In this document: one piece after another, positions 38,940-50,479 of the stretch
How the letters are laid out: the number at the start of each line of letters is the position of its first letter
Numbering within the stretch: position 1 is the stretch's first letter
Assembly (NCBI GenBank): GCA_024711295.1
Contig: JANJTB010000039.1
Location: 8,319-72,318, forward strand
Length of the DNA: 64,000 bases
Direction of reading: 5' to 3'
Source of the DNA: a bacterium
GTDB lineage: Bacteria > Bacteroidota > Ignavibacteria > Kapaibacteriales > UBA2268
Translations under genes and position numbers: made by a program
The notes under the pieces: model-generated
The model's input: the letters and a program-made list of their open reading frames with translations, nothing else
Database searches by the model: none
Told to the model about the DNA's origin: nothing

Positions 38940-39199
38940 AATGAAAAGCTCCGGAAAATCTGAAAAATGTTACTTGATACTAAATAATATTATAACTTAG
39001 ACAAATAAATTTACTTTTAATTGCATTTAAATTTATTTTATTTACATAGGAAATTGAATAATTGTAAAAAGCAGATGTAATAAAGCACAAAAGAAATATA
39101 ATCTTTATAAAAAAGTTAATTATTTCGTAATTTTGTAATTCAGATTGAATTAAAAAAAAGAAAATAATTAATTGATATATTTAGAATTGGAGTTTGTTT

Positions 39200-42100
39200 A
39201 TGAAGTATTTGCTTACAATACTGTTATTAGGTGTTATTACATTAAGCTCATTATTATCTGCACCCAGATATTCAGAAAATAATAAAAATACAATTGGAAA
39301 GGACTATCTATACGAAATCAACATTCCCTCAAAGACAGTAAATGGTAGATATATTCCTGCCAAGAAAGTTCAAATCGAAAGGGTTGATGCTAATTTCGTT
39401 GAAAAAAATATTATTGAGGTAAAATTTAAACAGCATGTCCAGCACAAGAATAACAAGTTTGATGAACCTACTTTGCAAAGTGCATTCAACTCATTAAGTA
39501 TTTCAAGCATTACAACTCCATACTCAAACTATATCAACGATGAGAATCTTTTATCTAATAATAAAATTGGTATCGACAGAATATACCAAATTCGTTATTC
39601 AGATAATATTGACCCTTATGATGCTTGTGCCAATTTAATGAAAAATTCAGATGTAGAATACGCAACGCCTGTTTTTAAAAGACAAACGTATTTTACACCG
39701 AATGACGCTTGGTATTCACTCCAATATCATTTACCAAAGATTAGTATGCCCGAAGCATGGGATATTACCCAAGGTGATGGTAGTGTAGTAATCGCAATTG
39801 TTGATAGCGGAACTGATATTGAGCACGAAGATTTGAAAGAAAATATATGGACTAATCCGGGAGAAATACCAAATAATGGTATTGATGATGATAAGAATGG
39901 CAAAATTGATGATGTTAACGGTTGGGATTTAATTGGCTCAATTACAGCACAACAACTTGCAAGTGGAGCATATAAGGAAGATAATAATCCTATTAATATG
40001 ATTGGTACTCACGGCACGCATACTGCGGGCTGTGCTTCAGCATCAACAAACAATTCTAAAGGTGTTGCTGCTCCTGGTTTTAAAATAAAATTATTACCGG
40101 TTAAATGCGCATCCGATGCATATAATTCTCCAGGTATATCAAGAGGTTACGAAGGTATATTGTATGCTGCCAGAACTGGTGCTAAAGTAATAAACTGCAG
40201 TTGGGGGGGACCCGGTTGGAGTCCTGTTGAAGAAGATATCGTAAATCAAGCCATTGCAATGGGCAGTCTGATTGTTACAGCTTCCGGCAACTCTGCAAAA
40301 AATATTGATGTTGATCCTGATTATCCCGCTGCTTTCAAAGGTGTACTAAGTGTGGGTTCTTCCGGTAATACAGATAGATATTCAAATTTTTCCAGTTATG
40401 GAAATTTGGTGAGAGTTTATGCGCCAGGTGAAGGTATTTGGTCAACACTTCCTGGTAATAAATACGAAGCTCAATCAGGTACTTCTATGGCATCTCCTGT
40501 TGCTGCCGGTGTTGCAGCATTATTGATGACTTTGCACAAAGACTGGACTACCGAGCAGATTATTCATCAGCTTAGAGGAACTTCTGATAATGTATTGGTT
40601 GCTGCCAATCCAAATCTTCGACCACTTTATTTTGGAAGATTAAATGCTTTTAAAGCATTACAATATAATTATGTACAGGGTAAGACAATTGCCGGCATAG
40701 GACTTGAGAATATTGAAGTTAAGGGTAATGCTAATGCTTTGACAAATTACGAATTGAATGATGTCACAATAAGCCTTAAGAATTATCTTGCCCGTGACAA
40801 CAGTATCAAAGTCCGTTTAATTCCTATGGATAATTTTATTGAATTCGATAAGAGTATTTATGATGTTGGTATGATGGATACTTTTGATGAAAAGGAACTA
40901 TCTGTAAAAGCCAGATTGTTAGAAAATAATCCATGGTACAAAGGCACAGCAGATGTATTGCTCGAAATTACAGGTACAGACTACATAAATTATGAAATTG
41001 CAAAAATTAATGTACAGGTTCCATCTAATAACAAGCTGACTCTTCTAACAAGTATACCTTCAGCTTATGGTATTCAATGGCACAGCAATGCTTTTTTAGG
41101 TAACGATATTGCCTATATTGTTGGTGCAGGCCAATTTGTAGGTGGGGTTGCTGTTAAAATGGGTAAAGCAAGTGCTAACGTAATTCAGATTAATCAACAA
41201 CCTGTGTATTGCATGTATGCTTTTAACGAGAGCAACTTAATAGCAGGCGATGGACCAACAAATGGTATGGCAAGAGTACACTATTCCAATAATGGTGGAC
41301 AAACCTGGTCAACCAAACCTGTGAACAATATTACAGGATTTGTAAACTCCTTCAATTTTTTCAACAATTTCGAAGGGATTTTATTAGGTGATCCTTTAGG
41401 TACTTCATGGGGTGTCGGAAAAACAAATGATGGCGGCAATACCTGGACTTTGGCATCTGGTTTGCCTGCTCCAATTGGTACTGAGACTGGATTGGTCGGT
41501 TCAGTCACCCAAAGGGGCAATACGGTTTGGTTTGGTACTACTGCCGGAAGAATATTCAAAACCAACGATAAAGGAGAAACCTGGGACCAGGTAACTGTTG
41601 CAAGCGGTGGGGTTGTTTCAAGTCTGTCGTTTAATGAGTCCTTAGCTGCATGCCTTTATTCACCAACTAATACTCAGGGTGCAAACAGGTTATTAGCTGT
41701 TTCGACTGATGGTGGTAAAACTTGGAAAACTTCAGTATATAATTTTACTGCAAACTCACAGATTCCACTAAATGTTTATGTTATTGAAGATTCTAAATCT
41801 ATAGTTGTTCAGCTATATAGCGGATATGTAATAGCTTCGGATAATGAAGGTGTTAGTTGGTATCCTGTGTTGAGCGAAAAGAGAAATTACTATACTTTTG
41901 CTGCAACAAATCAAATTGGCAACAAAGTCAGTATTTATTCCGGTGGTACTGATATGACAAGATTAGATTATACATTTACTCCATCAGTTATAAAAAAAGC
42001 AATAAGTTTTGTTGGTGGAAGTCTTGCTATATTTGACTCTGTAGCTGTAAATTCTACTAAAGATATGACAGTAGAAATCAGGAATGTCGGAAATATGGAT

Positions 42101-42589
42101 GTAGCTATATCCAATATCAACATAATACCTGACGAAGGCACTGATGTAAATGAATTCAGAGTTTTATTACCATCACCTACTTCGGTAATTCCAGGGCAAA
42201 ACACAAATTTAAGACTTAGATTTACTCCAAAATCATCAGGTTTGAAAACAGCCAGACTTACAATAACCTCGGATGCAGAAATAAATCAAATGCATTTAGA
42301 TTTAATCGGTTATGGTGCAACAGGTACATCTATTGATGATTTAAATGCTATGGACAAAATCATTTTAGCTCCAAATCCTGCAGACAAGTTTATTACTGTA
42401 TTTTCAGACCAGGAATTAAATAATTCTGTGATAAAAATTTATGATATACTTGGAAATGAAATACTAAAATTAGAAAATGTAGGACAAAATTCTTTGATTA
42501 ACTTACAGAATTTTGCTCCGGGTGTTTATAATTTAATTTTAAATGATGGCAAGAATATTTATCAAAAACAGTTTATTATAAACAGATAA
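39200..42589 (+). CDS. S8-family subtilisin-like serine peptidase fused to a C-terminal BNR beta-propeller, one Ig-like (choice-of-anchor-D-type) domain and a T9SS C-terminal sorting domain
   Basis: Catalytic triad regions AIVDSGTD (Asp), HGTHTAG (His), GTSMASP (Ser). BNR motifs SNNGGQTW, TNDGGNTW, TNDKGETW, STDGGKTW. Ig-like LAIFDSVAVNSTKDMTVEIRNVGNMDVAIS. CTD ILAPNPADKFITVF...GVYNLILNDGKN...FIINR. TGGAG Shine-Dalgarno before the ATG at 39200. Confidence 0.85.
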   Translation: MKYLLTILLLGVITLSSLLSAPRYSENNKNTIGKDYLYEINIPSKTVNGRYIPAKKVQIERVDANFVEKNIIEVKFKQHVQHKNNKFDEPTLQSAFNSLSISSITTPYSNYINDENLLSNNKIGIDRIYQIRYSDNIDPYDACANLMKNSDVEYATPVFKRQTYFTPNDAWYSLQYHLPKISMPEAWDITQGDGSVVIAIVDSGTDIEHEDLKENIWTNPGEIPNNGIDDDKNGKIDDVNGWDLIGSITAQQLASGAYKEDNNPINMIGTHGTHTAGCASASTNNSKGVAAPGFKIKLLPVKCASDAYNSPGISRGYEGILYAARTGAKVINCSWGGPGWSPVEEDIVNQAIAMGSLIVTASGNSAKNIDVDPDYPAAFKGVLSVGSSGNTDRYSNFSSYGNLVRVYAPGEGIWSTLPGNKYEAQSGTSMASPVAAGVAALLMTLHKDWTTEQIIHQLRGTSDNVLVAANPNLRPLYFGRLNAFKALQYNYVQGKTIAGIGLENIEVKGNANALTNYELNDVTISLKNYLARDNSIKVRLIPMDNFIEFDKSIYDVGMMDTFDEKELSVKARLLENNPWYKGTADVLLEITGTDYINYEIAKINVQVPSNNKLTLLTSIPSAYGIQWHSNAFLGNDIAYIVGAGQFVGGVAVKMGKASANVIQINQQPVYCMYAFNESNLIAGDGPTNGMARVHYSNNGGQTWSTKPVNNITGFVNSFNFFNNFEGILLGDPLGTSWGVGKTNDGGNTWTLASGLPAPIGTETGLVGSVTQRGNTVWFGTTAGRIFKTNDKGETWDQVTVASGGVVSSLSFNESLAACLYSPTNTQGANRLLAVSTDGGKTWKTSVYNFTANSQIPLNVYVIEDSKSIVVQLYSGYVIASDNEGVSWYPVLSEKRNYYTFAATNQIGNKVSIYSGGTDMTRLDYTFTPSVIKKAISFVGGSLAIFDSVAVNSTKDMTVEIRNVGNMDVAISNINIIPDEGTDVNEFRVLLPSPTSVIPGQNTNLRLRFTPKSSGLKTARLTITSDAEINQMHLDLIGYGATGTSIDDLNAMDKIILAPNPADKFITVFSDQELNNSVIKIYDILGNEILKLENVGQNSLINLQNFAPGVYNLILNDGKNIYQKQFIINR

Positions 42590-42611
42590 AATAAATCACT
42601 TAGTTAACACA

Positions 42612-42643
42612 ATAGTGACAAAATCGTTGGGTTTTGTCACTAT
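42612..42643 (+). terminator. Hairpin (12-bp perfect stem atagtgacaaaa / ttttgtcactat, 8-nt loop) after the S8 peptidase gene
   Basis: Read directly from the sequence. Weak 3' T-run, so terminator function is uncertain. Confidence 0.35.
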
Positions 42644-42693
42644 TAAGTGTTTAATGACAATATGACAATTGTCCAACTAATAGGTATAGATAT

Positions 42694-43206
42694 ATGGGAG
42701 TTGCTGTTTTTTTCGGAAGCGGTAAACTGTCCGATTCGGATAATATTTATCAGGCTACTTGCTTAGCTGCAAAGCAAATTGCAGCTAAAGGGTATGACAT
42801 TGCTTCCGGTGGCTATGGAGGGGTAATGGAAGCTTCATTACGTGGCGCATTGGATTTTCCGGTTAAGCGAATTGGAGTTACATGTGACTTATTTTCAAGT
42901 CGAGTTCCTAATGACTTTTTGTCAGATGAAATTAAAACAAAAAACTATTTTGAACGTTTGGAGATATTAATTGATTTAGGAGATATTTTTATTGCAATGG
43001 AGGGCGAAAGTGGTACACTACTCGAAGTTGCAGCAATAATGGCTTTTTCAGAAAGAGAGTTTATCGAAGATCGGAAGTTGATTCTTTTTGGAAATAGGTG
43101 GCAAAGTATTTTTAATGACTTTGCTATGTACTCAAATATGCAGGGAGTATATTATTGTGAGAATATTCTAGGTTTTAACGAAATTTTAAGTGATATTATC
43201 AATTAA
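42694..43206 (+). CDS. LOG/TIGR00730-family Rossmann-fold protein (short form)
   Basis: VFFGSG..., SGGYGGVMEA (GGGxGxMxA-like motif) and MEGESGTLLE (PGGxGTxxE-like motif) characteristic of the LOG / lysine-decarboxylase-like family. Confidence 0.6.
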   Translation: MGVAVFFGSGKLSDSDNIYQATCLAAKQIAAKGYDIASGGYGGVMEASLRGALDFPVKRIGVTCDLFSSRVPNDFLSDEIKTKNYFERLEILIDLGDIFIAMEGESGTLLEVAAIMAFSEREFIEDRKLILFGNRWQSIFNDFAMYSNMQGVYYCENILGFNEILSDIIN

Positions 43207-43214
43207 ATAATAAT

Positions 43215-43625
43215 ATGCAGATTTTTGACAGAATTTCTCGGATTATCAAATCGAATTTCGACAGTAACAGATTCGATGCTCAGAGTTATTTAGATGAAGA
43301 AGAAGATGAGCTGAAAAGAATTATTGACGAACTGAATAATCCCAAAAAGTCAAGTAGTGATAACAAAGCTAGAAGTAACAACAGCGGTAGTAACAACAAA
43401 GAATATTCTAATGTTAGCTCTGATATAGCTGATGCTTTTTATACTCTAGGACTGAAACCGGATGCTGATATCGAAACTATTAAGGCAGTTTACAAAAAGA
43501 AAATGAAGGAGTTTCATCCGGATAAAGTTGCACATTTGAGTGAAGAGATAAAACTTAGAGCAGAATCCAGAGCGAAAGATATTAATCAAGCTTACAACAA
43601 AATTAAAAAGTTCAAAGGTTTTTAG
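43215..43625 (+). CDS. J-domain (DnaJ-like) protein with an acidic/Ser-rich N-terminal half
   Basis: C-terminal J domain FYTLGLKPDADIETIKAVYKKKMKEFHPDKV with an HPD tripeptide. No zinc-finger or C-terminal DnaJ domains. Confidence 0.7.
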   Translation: MQIFDRISRIIKSNFDSNRFDAQSYLDEEEDELKRIIDELNNPKKSSSDNKARSNNSGSNNKEYSNVSSDIADAFYTLGLKPDADIETIKAVYKKKMKEFHPDKVAHLSEEIKLRAESRAKDINQAYNKIKKFKGF

Positions 43626-43644
43626 TAATTAAGGGTATAAGAAT

Positions 43645-44148
43645 TTGAAATCATATATAAAAGAAGTAATTATTATTTTGATTTTTTCTGTTTTGCTGGC
43701 TTTGGTTTATAATTATAATCAACCTAAGCCTCTACCATTGCTATACGCTAAGAAAGAATTAGGTGTTTATGATGATAAATTGCTTTTTGATAAGGCGAAG
43801 GAATCAGATAATTTAAAACAAGATGACAAAACCGTATCTTATGATCAAATGCTTAAAATTTTGGAAAATGAGAATGATTTTATAATAGTAGATGCCAGAA
43901 ATCATGACGACTGGAGTAAATCCCATATCGGAAATTCAATAAACATTTTTCCGTATGAGGAAGAAGCTGTTATGATGAATAAAATTCTTGATTTACCCCA
44001 GGATAAAAAGATAATTGTTTACTGTGATGGTGGAAATTGTGATTCAAGCCATAAGATTGCCGAAATTATGAATAATTTCGGGTATATTGATGTCTTTATT
44101 TATAGTGGTGGCTGGGATGAATGGTCTAAAAAAAGAGGAATTCAATAG
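43645..44148 (+). CDS. Membrane-anchored rhodanese-like (sulfurtransferase/phosphatase-fold) domain protein (TTG start as in the ORF track)
   Basis: N-terminal TM VIIILIFSVLLALVY. Rhodanese core FIIVDARNHDDWSKSHIGNSINI... and active-site loop IVYCDGGNCDSS (Cys in CxGGxxxS context). Confidence 0.65.
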   Translation: MKSYIKEVIIILIFSVLLALVYNYNQPKPLPLLYAKKELGVYDDKLLFDKAKESDNLKQDDKTVSYDQMLKILENENDFIIVDARNHDDWSKSHIGNSINIFPYEEEAVMMNKILDLPQDKKIIVYCDGGNCDSSHKIAEIMNNFGYIDVFIYSGGWDEWSKKRGIQ

Positions 44149-44154
44149 TAGAAT

Positions 44155-45360
44155 ATGGAAAATCTTCAATTTGATAGATATTTTTTTGAGGAAGTAAAGA
44201 AAAGATATGGTATAATTGGGAATTCCGACCATATTAATGCTGCTGTCCATACTTTGATGCAAGCAGCACCTACAGACCTTTCTGTACTAATTACAGGTGA
44301 AACGGGAACCGGCAAAGAAGTATTTGCCAATGCTGTTCACAGATTAAGTAAAAGAAGTAAATTCCCATTTGTTAGTGTTAATTGTGGTGCTATACCTGAG
44401 ACTTTACTTGAAAGTGAACTCTTTGGTAATGAAAAGGGTGCTTTTACGGGTGCTGTTGAGCAACGTATCGGCTTTTTTGAAACAGCCAATAAAGGTACGA
44501 TATTCTTGGACGAAATTGGTGAAATGCCTATTGGAACTCAGGTCAAATTACTAAGGGTGCTTGAGTCAGGTGAGTTCTCAAGACTAGGTTCATCAATGGT
44601 GCACAAAGTTGATGTGCGTGTTATAGCAGCAACTAACAGAGATTTAGAGCTTTTTGTAGAACAGCGGAAGTTTAGAAGGGATTTGTATTATCGTTTAAAT
44701 CAAGTACAAATCAAATTGCCTGAACTTCGAAATCACCCTCAGGATATTCCTTTATTGGTTGAACATTTCGGAGTAAAAGTAGCTGAGAAGCTAAATTTAA
44801 AATACTCAGGTATTAGCAGTGATGCCTTGAGTATTCTTAAAAGTTTGCCATGGACGGGAAATGTAAGAGAATTAAAAAATATGATAGATACAGTAATCAC
44901 ACTTGAAAAAGGTGCTTACATCACTCCCGAGAATTTAAGAAAATATATTCCACCTGCACTCCCGGCTTATCATTCAAAAATAATGCATAGTGATGAATCT
45001 CTGGTTCAATTACCAAAAGATGAAGTTGGGACAAATGAGTTATTCCTGATTTTTAAAAGTCTGTTGGATATTAAATCCGAAATCAACGAAGTCAAGAGAG
45101 CTATCTTTGATATTTCGCTTAACATGGACAGATTGAGCGATTCATTCGAAAACAGTAATATTCAGACCGCACAGGAGATCAAAACGCCTGATGAAATTCT
45201 TGATGGATTCGATAGTCTAAACCTTGACCAACTCGAAAAGAAAATGATAATTCTTGCATTGAACCGTTCGAATGGAAACAGAAGACAAGCTGCTGATTTA
45301 TTAGGCATCAGCGAACGAACATTATACAGAAAATTTGCAGAATATGGTATTGATAATTAA
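44155..45360 (+). CDS. Sigma-54-dependent transcriptional activator (bacterial enhancer-binding protein) lacking a receiver or other sensory domain
   Basis: Walker [22 protein letters not shown] sigma-54-contact motif ([10 protein letters not shown]). Walker B/arginine finger region. C-terminal Fis-type HTH ([19 protein letters not shown]). Only ~35 residues precede the AAA+ core. Confidence 0.85.
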   Translation: MENLQFDRYFFEEVKKRYGIIGNSDHINAAVHTLMQAAPTDLSVLITGETGTGKEVFANAVHRLSKRSKFPFVSVNCGAIPETLLESELFGNEKGAFTGAVEQRIGFFETANKGTIFLDEIGEMPIGTQVKLLRVLESGEFSRLGSSMVHKVDVRVIAATNRDLELFVEQRKFRRDLYYRLNQVQIKLPELRNHPQDIPLLVEHFGVKVAEKLNLKYSGISSDALSILKSLPWTGNVRELKNMIDTVITLEKGAYITPENLRKYIPPALPAYHSKIMHSDESLVQLPKDEVGTNELFLIFKSLLDIKSEINEVKRAIFDISLNMDRLSDSFENSNIQTAQEIKTPDEILDGFDSLNLDQLEKKMIILALNRSNGNRRQAADLLGISERTLYRKFAEYGIDN

Positions 45361-45481
45361 TACTTTTCCACAAAAAACAAATAAAATTTGATTATCTACG
45401 AAAAACATCATAATTTTGTAGTTCTGTAAAAATACATTTCAAAGAAAGTAAAATTATTGATGTTAATATCGGAGTATTTAA

Positions 45482-47599
45482 TTGAAAAATAATTGGGGTA
45501 AATTGCTGCTGGTGTTATTGCCGGTAGTTGCGGCAATTGCTGTCATGATCCCTACATATCAGGCAGGACAGCTTGAAACCAAAGAGAAAGAAGCAAGGCT
45601 CAGAGCCAAGCAAGCGGGTAATTCCGAAGATTCTCTCAAAATTATTGAAGAGTTTAAAAACAAATACGGTCAGGATTTAATTGATTACAAAAAAAATCAG
45701 TTAAAATTAGGCTTGGACTTACGTGGCGGGATGTATGTTACTCTTGAAGTAGATATCATTAAATTGATTGAAGAAAGTGCTCAAAGCGAATCAGTTGATG
45801 AATACTTTAATGCGGTCATAAACAAAACCAAAGAAGAAGTTGCAAAATCAGATCAGGATGCTTTAGACATATTCCTCAAAAATTTCAATGAAATAGCACG
45901 TCCTAAGGGTAAGTCGCTTATTTCTTACTTCGATATAGGTGATTTTAGGGATGCGTCAGAAGAGAAAATCATCGAAAAACTACGTAAAAATGCAGATGAC
46001 GCTATCGATCAGGCACAAGAAGTAATCAGACAACGTATTGACCAATTTGGTGTATCAGAACCAAATATTCAGAAAGTCGGTACAAGCAGAATTATTCTTG
46101 AACTTCCCGGTGTTGAAAATCAAGACCAAATGAGAAGTTTGCTGCAAACTACTGCCAGATTGGAATTCCATTTGGTAAAGAACAATGCTGATATCGTTAG
46201 AGCATTTACAAGAATTGATAAATATTTATCTGAAATCTTAAAAAAACGCCGTGGTATTGAAGTATCAGAACCTGTTAAAGATTCAGTTAGTGTTGCTGTT
46301 GATTCTGCCAAAGCCCAGGCTGATGTAGTCGCGGACACAACAAAAACTGCTTCTGATTCAACAATGGCTGCTGATACAACTAAGAAACAAAAAGATACAA
46401 ACAATCCTTATGAGGGAATGAGCGAAGATCAAATTCGTAAAAAGCACCTCGAAGATCATCCATTTACAACTTTATTTGCAACATATTACGTACCACCTCA
46501 GGAAAATGCACGTTGGATTGAATACTACTATACAACTGATAATGTGCCACAAGAAGGTGAGTTCTCATTTAGAATATTGAAAGACTCAATGGACAAGTTT
46601 TATGAAATTCTTAACAGACCAGAAATAAAACCATTTATTCCATTGGATTACAAAATTACTGTTGAAGCTAAACCTGATAAAAGAATGCTTGAACAGTCAC
46701 AAATTGAAGTTTACGAATTCTATTGCTTGAAAAGAGAGCCAGAACTTACAGGTGAAGTTATTACTGACGCTATGCAGTCATTTGACCCAACATCTAACGC
46801 TCCTATAGTAAATATGGCTATGAATGATGACGGAGCTGAAAGATGGGCAAGAATTACCGGTGCTAACCTAAAGAAAAGAATTGCTATTGTTCTTGATGAC
46901 AGAGTTTATTCTGCTCCTGTTGTTCAAGCCAAAATTACCGGTGGTCGTTCTCAAATTTCAGGTATGTCGAACTCAGAAGAAGCTAGATTATTAGAAGTTG
47001 TATTAAAAGCAGGTGCCTTGAAAGCTCCTGTACAAATCATTGAAGAGAGAATCGTAGGTCCATCACTCGGTCAAGATTCTATTAATGCCGGATTTACTGC
47101 CTCATTAGCAGCATTCTTGCTTGTGATAATATACATGATTTTATACTACAACAAAGGTGGTTTGGTAGCTGATTTTGCAGTATTGCTTAATATTACATTG
47201 ATAATTTCTGCATTAGCTGCATTGAAAGGAACTTTAACTTTGCCTGGTATCGCAGGTATTGTGTTGACAATGGGTATGGCTGTGGATGCGAACGTGTTGA
47301 TATTTGAGCGTATCCGTGAAGAACTTGCAAAAGGCCGTTCATTACGATCTGCAATTGATGAAGGTTTTAGCAAAGCTCTAAGTGCAATTGTGGATGGTAA
47401 CATAACTACAGGTATTACTGCGTTTATTTTACTTGTATTTGGCAGTGGCCCAATCCAAGGTTTTGCTACTACATTACTTATTGGTATTTTGACTACTTTG
47501 TTTACTGGTATTTTAATAACACGTGCACTTATTGAAATCGTTCTTTCTAAAGGTGCTACAGAATTTAGTTTCGGTCAACCAAAAGCTGAGCAAGCTTAA
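45482..47599 (+). CDS. secD: Protein translocase subunit SecD (TTG start)
   Basis: N-terminal TM, large periplasmic domain (LGLDLRGGMYVTLEVD), C-terminal six-TM SecD/SecF domain (…DANVLIFERIREE…). Followed by secF. Confidence 0.9.
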   Translation: MKNNWGKLLLVLLPVVAAIAVMIPTYQAGQLETKEKEARLRAKQAGNSEDSLKIIEEFKNKYGQDLIDYKKNQLKLGLDLRGGMYVTLEVDIIKLIEESAQSESVDEYFNAVINKTKEEVAKSDQDALDIFLKNFNEIARPKGKSLISYFDIGDFRDASEEKIIEKLRKNADDAIDQAQEVIRQRIDQFGVSEPNIQKVGTSRIILELPGVENQDQMRSLLQTTARLEFHLVKNNADIVRAFTRIDKYLSEILKKRRGIEVSEPVKDSVSVAVDSAKAQADVVADTTKTASDSTMAADTTKKQKDTNNPYEGMSEDQIRKKHLEDHPFTTLFATYYVPPQENARWIEYYYTTDNVPQEGEFSFRILKDSMDKFYEILNRPEIKPFIPLDYKITVEAKPDKRMLEQSQIEVYEFYCLKREPELTGEVITDAMQSFDPTSNAPIVNMAMNDDGAERWARITGANLKKRIAIVLDDRVYSAPVVQAKITGGRSQISGMSNSEEARLLEVVLKAGALKAPVQIIEERIVGPSLGQDSINAGFTASLAAFLLVIIYMILYYNKGGLVADFAVLLNITLIISALAALKGTLTLPGIAGIVLTMGMAVDANVLIFERIREELAKGRSLRSAIDEGFSKALSAIVDGNITTGITAFILLVFGSGPIQGFATTLLIGILTTLFTGILITRALIEIVLSKGATEFSFGQPKAEQA

Positions 47600-47630
47600 T
47601 TAGGTTCATTAAAGGAAGGAATATAAAACT

Positions 47631-48572
47631 ATGCAATATTTTAGTAAAACTGATATTAACTTTGTAGGATTGAGACATTTCTTTACAAAATTCTCTCTTG
47701 CTTTAACAATTTTGGGATTGGCTGCAACCTTCATTCTCAAACCTGTCTTGGGTATTGATTTCAAGGGTGGTGCAGAGGTTGCTGTCGAGATTTCTGGAAA
47801 TCCTTCAATTTCTGACATTCGTAATGTTATTAATAAAGCAGGAATTAAAGGTACAGAAATTAAATCGTTTGGTGAAGCCGACCAGTTCTTAATTCGTATT
47901 ATGGATGCCACTAATGGACCTGATTTGATTAACAATGCTTTAAAATCAGGCTTCCCAAATAATAACATTACTATGCTAAAAGTTGATAAAATTGGTCCGA
48001 AGATCGGCGCTGAGTTATTTATTGAAGCCATTTGGGCTGTAATTCTTGCTGTCATTGCTATACTTATTTATATAGCATTCAGATTTGAGTTTAATTTTGG
48101 TATAGGTGCGATTATTGCTTTGGTACATGACGTTGTTGTTACTTTTTCTTTAATTGTGGTAGTTCACCATTTAGGTTTAGTTGACCTAGAATTAAATCAG
48201 TCCATTTTAGCTGGTTTGCTTACGGTTGTTGGTTATTCTATCAATGATACGGTAATTATTTTTGACCGTATTCGTGAGAATAAAGAAAAACATAAAGGTA
48301 TGAATTTTGTGAAAATGGTAAATATGAGTCTAAATGAAACTCTCAGCCGTACAGTAAATACTACTACAACTACAATTTTAGTATTGTTGATATTATTTGT
48401 CTTTGGTGGTCCAGTATTGCAAGGATTTGCATTTACCATGTTATTTGGTATTATATTCGGTACATACTCATCAATTTATATTGCAAGTAATTTTGTAATT
48501 TGGAGACATGAGCAAATTGAGAAAAATAATACAGATGCAGGCAAAGCAACTAAAAAATTAGCAACTGCTTAA
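47631..48572 (+). CDS. secF: Protein translocase subunit SecF
   Basis: LGIDFKGGAEV periplasmic segment, then a six-TM domain with NDTVIIFDRIREN. Directly downstream of secD, separated by 31 nt (not fused). Confidence 0.9.
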   Translation: MQYFSKTDINFVGLRHFFTKFSLALTILGLAATFILKPVLGIDFKGGAEVAVEISGNPSISDIRNVINKAGIKGTEIKSFGEADQFLIRIMDATNGPDLINNALKSGFPNNNITMLKVDKIGPKIGAELFIEAIWAVILAVIAILIYIAFRFEFNFGIGAIIALVHDVVVTFSLIVVVHHLGLVDLELNQSILAGLLTVVGYSINDTVIIFDRIRENKEKHKGMNFVKMVNMSLNETLSRTVNTTTTTILVLLILFVFGGPVLQGFAFTMLFGIIFGTYSSIYIASNFVIWRHEQIEKNNTDAGKATKKLATA

Positions 48573-48586
48573 TAAAAAAATCAAAT

Positions 48587-48937
48587 ATGAACAATTCCGA
48601 ATATACATATAATAAAATTTCTGAGACTTTATATTCAATTAAGCTTAAGAAATCTGTTTTAGGCGGAAATGATGCTCTTGAATTTACTAATATTGTACAT
48701 CATTTGATTGACAATAACGTAAAGTACTTTGTTATAGACCTTTTTGAAGTAGAAATAATGAATAGTGCAGGTATAGGCATGATTGCAAATGCTCTTTCTA
48801 TTTCTCAAAAGCATAATTTGGAAATGTTTCTGATTAATGTTCCTGATAAAATACTAAAACTATTTGGGATTACACACTTAGATAAGGTTTTTAAGATATA
48901 TTCCAATATAGACGAAGTTTTGAGTCAGATAAAATAA
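48587..48937 (+). CDS. STAS-domain protein (anti-sigma-factor antagonist-like)
   Basis: 116 aa. The ...FVIDLFEVEIMNSAGIGMIANAL... pattern resembles the SpoIIAA/STAS fold. Confidence 0.55.
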   Translation: MNNSEYTYNKISETLYSIKLKKSVLGGNDALEFTNIVHHLIDNNVKYFVIDLFEVEIMNSAGIGMIANALSISQKHNLEMFLINVPDKILKLFGITHLDKVFKIYSNIDEVLSQIK

Positions 48938-48988
48938 TTCTAACAACAATTATCAGGGCTTGATCATTAGTACTGTACTCATTTTTGA

Positions 48989-50338
<1,350 letters not shown>

Positions 50339-50479
50339 AATGTTGATAAAAAATCAGAAAAATTAAGCAATAAATTTTTATCAATTCGTTAAAGTATGTT
50401 TTATACTTTGTAGTAACATTATTTTTTTCGAAAATAGAAACTACATTTTAGCTACATTTATTTAAGAGCGGAGCTTATT

